Assembly (NCBI GenBank): GCA_030167865.1
Contig: JALAGF010002173.1
Location: forward strand, 1 to 58,206
Source of the DNA: Craspedostauros australis
Taxonomy: Eukaryota
Length of the DNA: 58,206 bases
Reading direction: 5' to 3'
This document shows positions 11,678-24,324 of this stretch, in pieces. The position numbers were made by a program, and so were the translations under genes. The stretch's first letter is position 1; each line of letters opens with the position of its first letter. The notes under the pieces were generated by a model, which worked only from the letters and a program-made list of their open reading frames with translations, was not told the origin of the DNA and ran no database searches.

Positions 11678-14600
11678 ATGAGGGATTCCGCGGATGAGGA
11701 GAGCCCACTGACGACTGGCGACAGTGAAGCATCGAGTTCGAGCAATGATGCTGAGAAACGTACCGCGTCCTCTTCAAGCAGGATGGCCGAAGCTCCACAA
11801 TTGAACATGAGCGGTTCTGCTATTCACTCTGATGTTGGTGGTGGTGGTGGTGGTGCTGTTTCGGTTGCTGTTACGGTTGCTCTTGCAGTTGCTGACACTG
11901 CCGCAACCGCTGCTCCACAAAAGCCGAGCGATAACCGAAATGATCACGGAGGGAGCAATGGGAGCGGTCAGAGTCAGAACGGCAACAACAGTGGAAGCGG
12001 AAGTGGAGGCTACAGCGCCGATTGTTCATCATCCGACGCTTCGTCTTCGGAAGGTGCCAAGGCCAAGGGTTCCTCCAGCAAGAGCAAAGAGGCAATGTCA
12101 CGAAATGCAACAACTTCAGCTGGTGCCGAACGTCAGAAGAAACGATCTGGCCAAGGCCAACCAATGGAACTGGATAGTAGCCACACTGGTCGGTCGACGC
12201 CGTCCAAGGGGATCGGAGTTGCCACCATTGCTGCAAAACCACGCAAAGGCTCCAAAACTGATACAGGCCATGATCGGCGATCCGAAGCATCACCTGAATC
12301 GTCCATGCTGCCTCAATTCAATGGCTTCCGTATCACGCACCTGTTGGATCCACGGATCGACCTGAGCACAGTGAAGCATGTGCAAGCATCGTCGGTGTTT
12401 TCCTTCCCACACAACGTGGCCGTTCCAACCCAGACGTTGAATGATAATACGGACGTTCCCATCACTGACCAGCCAATGGACACAGATGAGCCTCCCGGGC
12501 CATCAATCGACCAGTATGCAAGCTTGATGGAGGTAGGTACTGTTCTGTCATGCTCGTCCCATCCGTGTCCGCACTTGTGCTCTGCACACGTACGGATAGT
12601 CGTCCAACAAAGCGGTGCGAGTATTCGCACCGACTCCCTCAACGACTTATTCGTGTGTGACTTTGAATCAGCTGATGCATGGGTACCAACGTCAATGCGT
12701 CAATCTTGTTGACACCGTGCAACTCACTGAAGTTGCTCTCCTCAATACTACTGTATATCCTCTACACGTACATCAACCCGTTGAACTGTATGATTGTGTG
12801 TTTTGCAGGTTGTAAAACCTTTCTTTGAGTTCAATGGCATTGACAACATCACATACCCTCCTTCCGACGTGCAAGAAGAAAAGGAGCAGCTTCCATCGAA
12901 TACAGCTGAAGCGATGGCAACCTCAAATGGGATCCACGCTCTGCAGTCATCGGAAGCATCGAGTGACCATGCAGCAACAGACAGACTCAAGGAGCAGCAA
13001 CGAGCTAGCACGACGCAGCGAGGAGATGACAGCCGTTCCATGGATAGCGATTCATCCTCCATGGTCGTCCTCGCTAGAGTCAAGAGGAAGCACATCCGCA
13101 AACATGATGAGGAGCAATGCAACGACGGGTCGAACACGTCCCTCCCCGGGAGTTCCAACTCTTCATCAACCTCTCTCGAAAAGAGAAGCAGCGATCACAA
13201 CCATGAGCAGGCCGTACGTCAATCCGATCATCAAAGGGCTCCAAGCATGAAGCCCGTGGAGAGTTCTGGATCAATGCGACTGCGAGACCCTGGATCAGCA
13301 GCAGGTTGCGATACTGGAGATGGGGCAGCCCAGAAAGCCTCGTCTGGATCGTCACCCTCCCGAAACAACAAGAACCAGAAGAATGGGATCGATAATGAAA
13401 ACAGCAAGAGGCAGAGCAATGGCAAGAGCTTAGACCCACAAGACTTCAATGAACAACGGAGGCAGCAGCATCCACAGCAGCAACAGGTGCATGATGTGCA
13501 GGCCAATCACCACGCGGGGGCACGAAACGCGTTGAATGTCGCTGTGGATGTAGATCCAGGCGTTGGCAATGCAAACCATCCGCCAGACCAAAGTCCAAGC
13601 GCCAACGGTGATAACGGCGACAACGTCAGCGATGGGGACATCAACAACGGCCCAAACCCCAACGTAAACAGGAATCCAAACGCCAATCTGAATGGAAACG
13701 CAAATGCGAACATCGGCCCTGACGCTATGAACGACGAACGAAGCGACAGAGGCGAGAACAACAACCGTGGCCGCGAGCAAAGACGAGTGCCCGAGCACAA
13801 TTTTGGCATGCCAGCCGTCATTTCTGAGTATTCCTCTTCCGCCATTCTTGGAAGCAGCGGAGGAAGCAATACCAACGGGCCGTTGTCAACGTCTGGCTCT
13901 GGGAGTGCTGGTAACACGGGGAGCGGATCAAATCAAGGGGGGAGCTCTGGCAGTGGAAACGATCAGGAGGGCACCTCGTCCAATTCGATCGAGAACAACG
14001 GATCGTCAGGAAGCGGCAACGATGCGAAGGGCAGCAGCGAGGAAGTAAGCGGGGGGAACACTGCGGCACGGAACGGCGCAGGCAATTCCGACGAGACTTC
14101 GTCAAATCAGGGCAAAGATCACAAAGATGCGGACCAACAGCACACAGTTGACGACGGAAACCAAACTACAGCCAGACCGACGACAGGGCAGACGGCGGCA
14201 AACACCGATCAATCACACGAAGGGGAGAAGCACAGAGATGCAGAACGCGAGAAGAAGCTCCAGGACAAGAAACGAAAACGAATGAACATGCGCCGTGAGT
14301 ACGAGGAGAAGGTGCAGCAAGAAATGGGCTCCTCTGAGGGCAGCAGAGACATGAACGAGCCGCTGATTCGCCCAGGGAGGCCAACCACCCTCGACAAGGC
14401 CCTGTCTTTCACAAAGATTGCCCGGTACGTACACTCTCCACGAAGTCGTCAGCATTTCTCAGAATGCCCAACTGCCTCTTTGTCAAGCATGCTACGAGAG
14501 TCCATGCAATCGTTCGTACTTGCACTCATGTAGACACAAACTCACCGTTACTCGCATCAGCTGCTATTCTCATATCCACCTACAAACACAAACACACATC

Positions 14601-15871
14601 AAATTGCAACTTCAGTGTCATCGTCAAGGCAAACTCGCCATACGTTGTTGTAAGTACATTGTGTCCACGTCTTGCGTCTGCCAACCTGTGCCCTACGCCT
14701 GTTTGTTTATTGTGCTTGGTACTTGTCTGTCAATCCAAACACTGCGATTCCCGGTCTCGCGCCATCGTTATTCCTCACTGTTCTCTTCCCGCGTACGATA
14801 CTCCCAACTCACACATATGCATACGCGCGCGCACACACACTCTGCATTTCTATGTTTGCGTTCACCATTCGATGTGCCAATACCACAACGAAGATTTACA
14901 CGAATGCTGCATATACGCGGCTGTCAGGGGTGGATGCGCACTCAGCAGTTGGAAAGCCACTGTCGAATCTCATAGCAGTGCCGTCCGATGAGATTTCCCA
15001 GGGATTGGGGCTACCACCAGGTACTGCAAAGGCCAAGGAAAGCCAAAGCAGCATGGATGACAGCAAGTCAAGCCGTGTTAGTCGCCCCCCAACAAAGTTT
15101 GGAAACCGTCGTCATTCCACGTCCGGTCAGGATCATTCTGAGGCTGCGGCCACAGGACGAACGAAAGCCGAATCCTCCAAGAGTGAGAGTCCAACGCTTG
15201 CCCTCGACCGGTTGCTGACCACCAGCGCAAACACTTCGCCTCACTCTATTCTGGTGGCAGCAAAGCCACACATCATGATGGGCCGCAATGTTACCATCAT
15301 CAAGCAAAGCAACGCAAACGTCAATACGAACACCACTGCAAATAGGCATGGAAATGGTAGTGAAAATGGCAGCGCTCCTCCAAACGACGCTAGTCGCAAC
15401 CGCGAAGAGGGAAGCAACGAAAGCAGCAGCACGTACAGTTACGATGGCTCCTTCCATGCTGTGCCATGCACGATGGTGATATCACCTGTCGTCTCATCTC
15501 CGGAGGCGTACGTTGCCAGCATGCACTCGGACAAGGATTCTGAATCTCACCATCTCCATCACAAATCGAAACGAAGGAAGCATCATGGCCACGCCCATGG
15601 TCATGGGAAAAGCCATCATCACCAGCATCACCAGTATGATGGTCAGAACTCACCTGCGCAGTCTCATAGCACCCGACGCCACTCCCACAGCCATAGCCAC
15701 CAGCACGGCCATTTTCAAACTAGCTTTCACCATCCCCAGGGGAAAGAAGGTCCATCAAATGCCAGGAGGAGGCAACTCGTCACCCACTTTGCCATCCAAC
15801 TCGAACCGCCGGAAGGAAACTCGGAAGATTTTGGCAGTGTGGGATCCCGATCATCTACATCGTCTGGATGA
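11678..15871 (+). CDS. Large low-complexity protein with PAS-like domain and His-rich tract (PAS-B), 4 exons, 1160 aa
   Basis: Exons 11678-12532, 12809-14424, 14616-14649 (34-nt microexon), 14894-15871 (3483 nt in frame; GT..AG). The joined sequence reads ...LSFTKIAR|VIVKANSPYVV|IYTNAAYTRLSGVDAHSAVGKPL, a PAS-type start. It also has a basic coiled segment EKKLQDKKRKRMNMRREYE and Ser/Gly/Asn-rich regions. Confidence 0.75.
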
Positions 15872-16615
15872 TGGGTCGGCGAAGTGAATCTCCTCGGATG
15901 ACACTCCGGGTACACTTGCAATCATGCGCGAGAGGAAGGAAGCTGTCTCCTCCGTGGCCTTTTGCATTCGGTACGTGCGTGATCGTACGTATCATTCTCG
16001 CATACATAGAGCACTATTGGTGTATACAACACTCGTACGCACGAGTACTACATATGCTCAATTCAATGTCTAATCCATCCACTTATGAGAAGACAACTTT
16101 ACAAGAGTGCGGCAGGGTACGTGCATACATGTAGACATAGAGCACTCGACTCGGCTGTTCCCGTGTACATTTCACTTTGCACAAGGTCGTGGAAGGTCGC
16201 ATACTGTCATCTACACAAGTCAAGATACGATACATACGCGGAGGTACTCATGGAGCCCTCGAGGTGTCACCGCACGCCACCACCACGACGATGGCCAAGA
16301 GTTGTTCATGGCATTCTCGTAACATACAACCGCTAGAGTATAGCAGAGACCTCTCAACGCAATTGCTGTTTCTCTTGTTCCGTCAGTGGCATCGTGTCCA
16401 TGCTCTCCTTGTTGGCATTTGATGGCATTTCCCCGTTGCCCACGTCGGCGTACGAGTACGCAACAGTGCGAGCATTGGTACACATATAGTATGTACGGTT
16501 GCCATACATAGTATTCTAGTACATGCTTGTTCTCACAAAAAATACGTATCTCCATATTAGTGGTCGTACCATACCAAGCAAGCAACACCAACGGTGTTCC
16601 CAGGTGCTTTGCTCT

Positions 16616-19600
16616 CTAGTCGATATCCAGCGATGATGCACAGGTCAGAACGTCGCGAAGTTCTGGGAAGATCTCGATCCACAGCATATCGAACAGCATG
16701 TAGAAGAGGCTTTTCATGACGAGCCGGTTTTGAAGCATCTCGTGCAGCATCTCCAGGCCATCGCGCGTGAGTTCAGTCCCAAGGATGGATCTCAGCTGCT
16801 CGGGGAAACCGCGAAGAAGCTTTTCCCGGCACTGTGACTCCAGCTGTTCCTCCTGCTCCTTCGTCAGCGGTGGAGCGAACACCATCCATACTCCATCGGG
16901 CCATAGAATATCCAACAAGAACTTGATCCAGCCGGCGATTGCGTCCGCATTCAGATGCTTCTTGTGGGTTTGGTACAGGAGCTTGCGGAACTCCGACGCC
17001 TTTGTGATAGCCACAAACGAGGCGGCTTCCAATGCAGAGAGCATCCTGCTGCGAAAGAATGAGGCATTCTCGAATCCAAACTGATATTTCACGAGTTCGA
17101 CCATTCGATTGCGCACTTCGCCCAGCGTAACTTGATCAATTTTGTTCATGATGGACTCGATGTTGCCGGCCGCACCGTCGATGGCAGATGCATTCGTGGA
17201 CTCCAACCGATCTGTACCATCAGGCGGTTCCTCACCCAAACCCCCCGCAGCATGAACATCCACAGCGCTGTCGTCTAGTTGAATCTGCGAATAGGCAGAA
17301 GCTCTGTCCCTGTTGACGGCGGTCTGGTTCTTGCTGTTGCTGGCGCTGCCGCCACTGACGCTGCTATTCTTGTTGCCGATGTTACCCCCACTGGTGCTCC
17401 TGCCAATGCCTTGCATGCTGGCTCTGGGTAGATTCGTCTTTGCCAGCGACCTGACGAGCTGAGTGCGACCCAGTGGATCGATGCGGTCGGTTGGGATTGC
17501 TCCGATGAAGATATCCTCCGGGAAGGGATGGTAGGCCCCAAGGAATAGCAACAGCTCTGAGCATCGACTGAGCAAGTGACCTGGAGACAGCATGTACTGC
17601 AGATACTCGTCAAGCAGGTCGCCCCGTTTCGTGATCGCCTTTTTGGTCGCAGCGATTGCCCCGGTTTTGCTAGCTTGCGCCAACGACGGGATCAGTACTT
17701 TGCGCTGGCGTCTGCCCGATCCCGTTGCAGTAAAGGCAGCTGCTGCCGCACCGACCAGGCGAGAACCTGCGCTCGCGGACGCCTCGCTGGTTGCCACCTG
17801 AGACTTGAGGTGTCTGTGAAGCATCTGGAAGTCCTTCATCGATCTGTACACCACCCACTCCTCCCTGTACACACGCGACAGCGTCGTGCCATTGTACTTG
17901 TATGGTTCGAGACTATCCATGCACCGGTTGCGGTTGTCAATCTCGACCAACGCCACGCATCGAATCCTGTAGAATGCGGACGACGCAGCGATCGGTATGT
18001 GCAATGCCAATCCTTTGGGAAGTTCTCGCGGCGTTACGTTGGCCTCGATACAAATTCGAAGGTCCTTGAGGACTGTGGGCGAGCGGGGGAGGAGCAGACC
18101 ATTTCTGCGAAGCTGATCCCTGTCGATGTGATTCACGCCAACCTTCAGATCGCGGAGGACGAAGGAAGATCGAGCATCGCTTGCGAACTCAAGGATCTTC
18201 AACGTTTGCTTCAGCTGTGCTTCTGTCCTGGACTTGGTGGCGCTCTTCGCCGATCCAGCACGGACGCATTCCATTAGGCACTGGTGTTGTGCGGGCAACA
18301 AGTGAGTATGTATCGCATTCACACATCCATACAATCGATGATGCCAGGCGATGTGATTGCGGTGTGATATCCCGCCAAAGGCAGTAATAGGAGCGAACAC
18401 GTCGAATGCTGGTGTGAGTATAGAGTTGTCAAAGTACCCATAGTTGCGGTAATGGTATTGGTAGTGTAGCATTGACAAGTTCGTCACTGTCGTAGCAGCA
18501 GCAGCAGCAATGCAAAATTATCGGTTGTGAAGGACTTGAATTGGGTTGAAAAGAGAGGACAAGGCAAGCTGACAATGGCAAGCTGGGTGTTTGCATCGTT
18601 CCGTCGATGGAAATGATCAATTCTGGTGACCTACCTGGAGCTGTGCTTCCTGCCTCGCTGATGTGACTAACAGAGCTGCCCGAACAAAGGACAGCCTGTA
18701 TGGCTTGATTTCGAAGTTTTTGCTATCCCCTTGCTTCGAACTGAATTTCATGAAGAGCATGGGGTACCCATCAGGTCCCATCTCAATTCTGCTTCTTGGA
18801 TCTGGTCGCGGTGCTGCGTCAGTGCCCTTGGGCGCGGATTTCCCGCTCCGATTGGGAGCATCCCAGTCTTTTCCCAAGGTCAGCAGCAACGCGCTCAATG
18901 CTGGGTCGCTGATTTCCAAACAGCTGGCATCAGCACGATGCGGTCCCCTCGCGCCCGAATCGTAGATTTTGAATCGCTTGCCGCTGAGCTCCACAGTCGG
19001 GCGTTCGAACAGGGACATGCGATAGACGAAGTCCACGGCCTTGCCTGTCCGTGGCATGGCGTTGAAGTCTGTAGTTTCCATGACTGTGCTGGAAAGGAAT
19101 CCTTGGGCAGCTCCGCCTCTCTGTGACCATTTCTGACACAGGTGCCGTTCACGCAGGAACGACCCAGAGATGTAGGACGATGCCAAACCGCTGTTGGATT
19201 CCCCACTGCCTGCGGGGCGTCCTTTCCGTTTGTCAAGTTTGCGGTTGTCGTTCTGGATGGAGACGGATGCAGTTCGATCGATGGGGTAATAATGCACCAG
19301 GCAGCGCCTGATGTATCTACCTCCTTTGAATTTGGTAGAGCCATGGGCCAGCGCAGGCTCTTCGTACGTTGCAATGTAGCACTTGTAGCTTAATTCGGAA
19401 TTCCTGTCATCGCGATGGACACTCACAGGATTCAACGATCGTGGCTGCAGGGCATGGTATCAGAGTGGATATTACAAGGAAAGAGGCACAGACGTATTAT
19501 ACGAGTCGACCGTTTTGTTCGTGCAGAGAGCGCAAGATGTTAGTAAGTAGGGCATCATGAGTGCCAAAGCAAAGGTTATTGAAGATAGGCTTGCTGCTCT

Positions 19601-22600
19601 TTCACTTTCAGTACTCGCATTTGCATGCAAGTGACATGACATCGCACAATGCGTTGGAGGCAAAGCAGAGAGCAGTCATTCATAGCATAGAAAGCAGCAG
19701 TAGTAAGACGAGGAGTGTCGCACAAACGCCGCAGAGCTGCGAAGTAGGGCATCCATGCACGTGCACATGCACATGCACAGATAGATGTTGGTGCGCGGTT
19801 CGGACAGAGCACTCGTACATACCTGTGCCTTCAGCAAGAACGAGGAATCGTCATCTGGCACCTCGATACGCCTTCGGTTGCCTGCCATCTCGACGGTCAA
19901 GAGAGCAACCCTCGCTTGACTACCGTCTTGCTGCTTCGACTCGTCGCCATCGTCCGCATCCTTGCGTCTTGCTGCATCTCGCACAGCCATCATGTTGGTT
20001 CCGCTGTAGAAGATCCGAGCGAGACTGTGAAGTTCCGAGAAGAGTTCGGCCTCGACTGCTGACGCATTCTTGTGTTGGACTGGGCGGACGCTTGGGTCCA
20101 CCTCCCTGGTTTCCCACGCCTGCAGTCTCCGCTCTCGTTCGGATCGAAGACTGGAGGCAAAGGCGGAGTTTCTGTGGAAATCCAAATGTCGCGGCGTGGA
20201 TGAACTGCTGGCCTGATGTAACGCAACATCATGGCTGCTGTGAGTGCCAGGTTCCTCGCTGGTCAGCCGCGACAGGCTGGACTTGAGGAATAGCAATTTC
20301 CTACTCGAGTTCTCTTGCGACGTGGCCGTGCCCGTGGAGCTACTTCTGCCCAGCTTCTGCATGGATGGGATGCCTCTTGGCATGGTCCCGACCGCGTTTC
20401 CGACGTCATCGTCCGGAACGGCATTCAAGTCCAGCCGAGGACTGGCAAGCACCTCGGTCGTCTCCACGATGATGTCCAAGCCGTCGAACGTTCGTATTTG
20501 CGACATGAGCACTTCTATTGAGTCGCCGTCGTTGAAGAAGGCGTTTGGTGAAAAGTACTTTCGGAGGGTTGATTCCATGCCCAATGAAATGCACAAGATG
20601 GCGTTGTAGAGTTGGCCAGTGTGGAGCCAGGTGGATATCAACGTTCGAACCGTCGCGATTTCATTTTCATCAGGTTCGAAAGGTTCCTCGTACATATGCT
20701 CTGGAGTCAACGGAGGTGACGAAGCGTTACGTGCAGCCTCGTGTCGCTCCATCTTCCGTTTGAAGTCGTCCATGTCGGCTGTCATTTGCATCAGCTGCTC
20801 GATGAACGGCAAATCTTCATCTTCCTCCATGCCCCGTCGGGAATATTCGTCTTCGCCAGTCTCGGTTCCCACCTCGATGGTGGAAGGTCTGCATCGACCA
20901 TGGAGTATGCAACGTTCGAGTGTAAGCACCAACCGCACAACCAATGCATGGAAATCGTCGCCACCATGGTTGAAGGGTTCGTCACGATTTGCCTTGTCGG
21001 TGGAATTGAATTCGACGAACTGAGGAACCTGCTGCATTTCAAAGATGGTGATGCTGAGCAGGGTAAGAATTTGGCGCCGTTCGTAGAGATCGTCCGTCTC
21101 CATGGCACTCATGGAATCCTGTGACATGGCGCGTTTGGTGGAAGGCGTGCTGACCTCCTTCGAAGAAACAATGGAGCTGTGGCTTCGGTTGAAATCTGGA
21201 CTGTCGATGGTCGAGGGGTGCTGCATAGATGTGTCAACTTCTTCCGTCGCGTCGCTTCCAGAGTTTGCGCCTGTAGCGAGTACTGCCGATCCCGTTATTC
21301 CTGTCGTAGCCCTCAATTCCAACTCTACGGATGGGTCAAAGTCGGAAGCCTCTTGTGCTGATGCGCTGTATTGATCTTCCGATGCTGCGGCTGCCTCGGC
21401 TCCTGCCGCCGACGTTGATTGATTCAATATATCGTCAGCGGCAGCGGCATCGGCAGCGGCATTAGTATAAGCATCTCCAACTGCTGCATCTTCAGTACTG
21501 TTGCCGTCGTTGTCTGCTGTCGCGCTTTGGTCGCCGAGCTTGTCCATGCCCATGGAAATCCACGAGTTCAGGGTGGTGGGAACGAACAGATTCATGAGTG
21601 GCTGCAGCACGCAGCCGGCAAAGATCTCAATCACAAGAGCTGCGACGATGGGTGAATTGAAGTCTTGTCGTGGCAGCAACGCCCGGACCAGCCGATGGCC
21701 CAGAACTCGATTGTAATCGAGCTCGCAGCTGCGTGCCATGCCGGAGTCGAAGAGTCTCTCTTCCAGGATGTCATTTTCGGTTTGCCTGCCACCTTGCTGC
21801 CGACGTTCGTCTTCGGTTGCAAACTCGGTACCCGCTGGATCAGCAAAGAGCAAGGACGGGACGTCGAGTCCGAATGTGACGGATCGGTGCAGACGACGCG
21901 CGATGAGGTACTCGCGGAGGACGTCCATCTCGGTCGGCTTTTGCGTCGCATCGTCCAGCTTATCCACCGCATTCTTTCGCATCTCTCTGTACACTTTGAA
22001 TGTGTGCGCCAGCACGTGCGGCCACTTGAGCAGCAGCAACGACCAGAGGTTGACATGCTCAGTTCTCATGGCGAGGTTGCCAAAGGCATGCGACAAGACC
22101 TTGTACGCGCTCCCAAGGAACGGTGTCGTCCGGAACTGCGATATGTCCATGGTAAGATTTCTTTGGCCTGGCTGTTGCTGCTGCTGCTGCTGCTGTTGCT
22201 GTTGCTGGGAGCTACCTGCCTTACTCCTGTCACCAGCATAATCCTTCTGCGATTGCACATCTGAATCAGATGATGGCGATGTGCCCGCCATTGCTGACGA
22301 TGTGCGGCCTGTGCCGTCTCTTGCGATGCCATCGTCCCGCTTTTCCCTCTCAGGCCGGAACTTGCACCCGGCATCGATGATCGAATACCACCCACTGTGA
22401 GTGGAAGCAAGCAAAGGAGCGTGATGCGGGGTGCGATGGAAGCCAGGGCGGAAGGACACGAGAGGAAGGGGAACGGGACACTGGCGGGTCAGTGTGTTTG
22501 GCGTTTGCTTTCGATTGATGCAGAATACAATGTTCTACCAATATTCCACTTGCATGTCCATGTGGGAACAGCAGCACCATAAGAAGGACATGATCATGAA

Positions 22601-23379
22601 CATGGATATGAACATGGATACGGACATGAAGTACACGGAGCATACGTGCAGAGAGTGGTGGCATGCAATGCAATCCGACGCAAGCATCTTCCGAATCCGA
22701 TCCATCATCGGCAACAGGACGAAACGCGGGCGTACCTGATGTAGTCTCTCATGATATGCTCCACAAAACGACCCAGCTCCGTTGCCACCGGCTCCGGCAG
22801 ACCCGGCCAGTCCTCTTGAATTGTGACGACCGCTGCTTGCTGATCGATGACGGCATCCGTGAAGGGATACCTCGGGAGCTCGGATGTGGCCGGCTGCTTC
22901 GTGACCTGCGCCCGAAGGATCTTGCGCTCCACGTGGTAGCCGGCAGATTCCATGAGCGACCAGTAGGTGGTGCTGTCCTCCAGGATGCTGGATGTCTGCG
23001 CGCGGACGGGATTAGCGGCCTTGGGTCTGGGAATGGCGAGATTGCGGTTGGCACCGTTCGTTCCGGCGGCGTCCATCTGCTGCATGCGGTGTGCGTGGTC
23101 CAACCCCTGCAGAGTTTCGTAGACGTGCATCGCCAAGCCCAGGCCCAGACCGATTCCCAGCGTGACACCGATCGCCGTGAGCACCGCTCGCACGAGCATG
23201 GTGACGAGCACCACGATCCATGTCTTGTCCGTCACGGCGATGATCGCGACGAGGCAGACGCCGGCTCCCTGAACCCTCCTATCCTGCAGCGCATCGTTGA
23301 TCTTTTGGCGTTTCACAGGATCGATCTTGTCCAGGGCGGATGCCATCGCCGCCTTGGCCTTCTCCATGGTCGTCGCCAT
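16616..23379 (-). CDS. PXA/PX/PXC sorting nexin (SNX13/14/25, Mdm1-like) with N-terminal membrane anchor, 4 exons, 1896 aa
   Basis: Exons 23379-22736, 22394-19823, 19444-18635, 18280-16616 (5691 nt in frame). N-terminal hydrophobic segments are followed by the PXA motif IMRDYI|SGWY and ALLPRQDFNSPIVAALVIEIFAGCVLQP. PX motifs WVVYRSMKDFQMLHRHLK, KRGDLLDEYL and ELLLFL, and PXC motifs WIKFLLDILWPDG and LQNRLVMKSLFYMLFDMLWIEIFPEL are present. Confidence 0.88.
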
Positions 23380-24324
23380 TTCTGCAATCCGTGGTGCAGA
23401 TCCTCGCGCTTGTCTTTTCGCTTTTCCTCTTGATTGATTTGATTTGGTTTGATTTGCTTCGATTTGCCTGCCTTCTGTTTGTACTCGTCCAAGCAATGCC
23501 CCAGTCTTCGAATGTTCATCGATTCCCCCAGTCGCATTGCCAGGGATCAGTGTCGTGATGAGAGAAGAAGCGTCCTCGCATCGAGAGCACTCGCACTCGT
23601 ACTTGTAGTCGTATGCAGAGTACCACTACGGCGTATCAGTAGGTCGTTGGTCGTGCTGCTACAGCGCAACCGATGAGCACGCACAGTGTTTGTGTGTTGC
23701 TGGTTGGCACTGTACGACTACGAGTTGTGCAAGTCGTGGAAGGGTCTCGGATCTTTTCCTTTCGTTCTCTCGTGGGTTTTCGCTCTTTGTGACCGTTGTT
23801 GTTGACACGGTGGCGATTTTCGGTGAAGGTCTTTGATCTTGCGCGATGTTTTTGGCGTTTTCGATTCATCGGACCGCAACAAGCACATTTTGGATATGTG
23901 AACGTCCGTCCGTCTTTCCGCAGTCACGAACAATTCCGGATTCAGGCTTCTCTCGATTTTTGTGGTGTTGGCGCCATCATCCCACATCAAACAACACGAG
24001 AGAGAAAGGGTTGTTGTTGCTGCCTCGGTGGCCACGAGGATGGTGATGGCCACGAAGATGACGGCAGCAACGATGGTGGCAACGATGATGGTGATGAGCA
24101 CATCTTCCCAACAAGTAATTGTACGAGCATGCACACTTCTCTGTGACGATCCAATTGCTCCATCCACTGAAACGAAACACCTTCCATTTCAGAAGAGCGG
24201 CATAGAGTCCACAGACAAACAGCTCAACCAGGTCCAACAAGGTCAGGGAAGATCAGGCTGATCACGCCAGACACCAGCGTATCCAGAGTACTGAGCTGTG
24301 CAATACTCTATTAGTATATCAGCC

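Noticed and set aside
14894-14970. LOV photoreceptor or aureochrome call for the PAS-like genes
   Set aside because: There is no GRNCRFLQ flavin-binding motif and no clear bZIP leucine heptad.
22595-22630. Hexamer-like CATGAA/CATGGA repeats in the sorting nexin intron
   Set aside because: A degenerate microsatellite similar to others in introns of this window.
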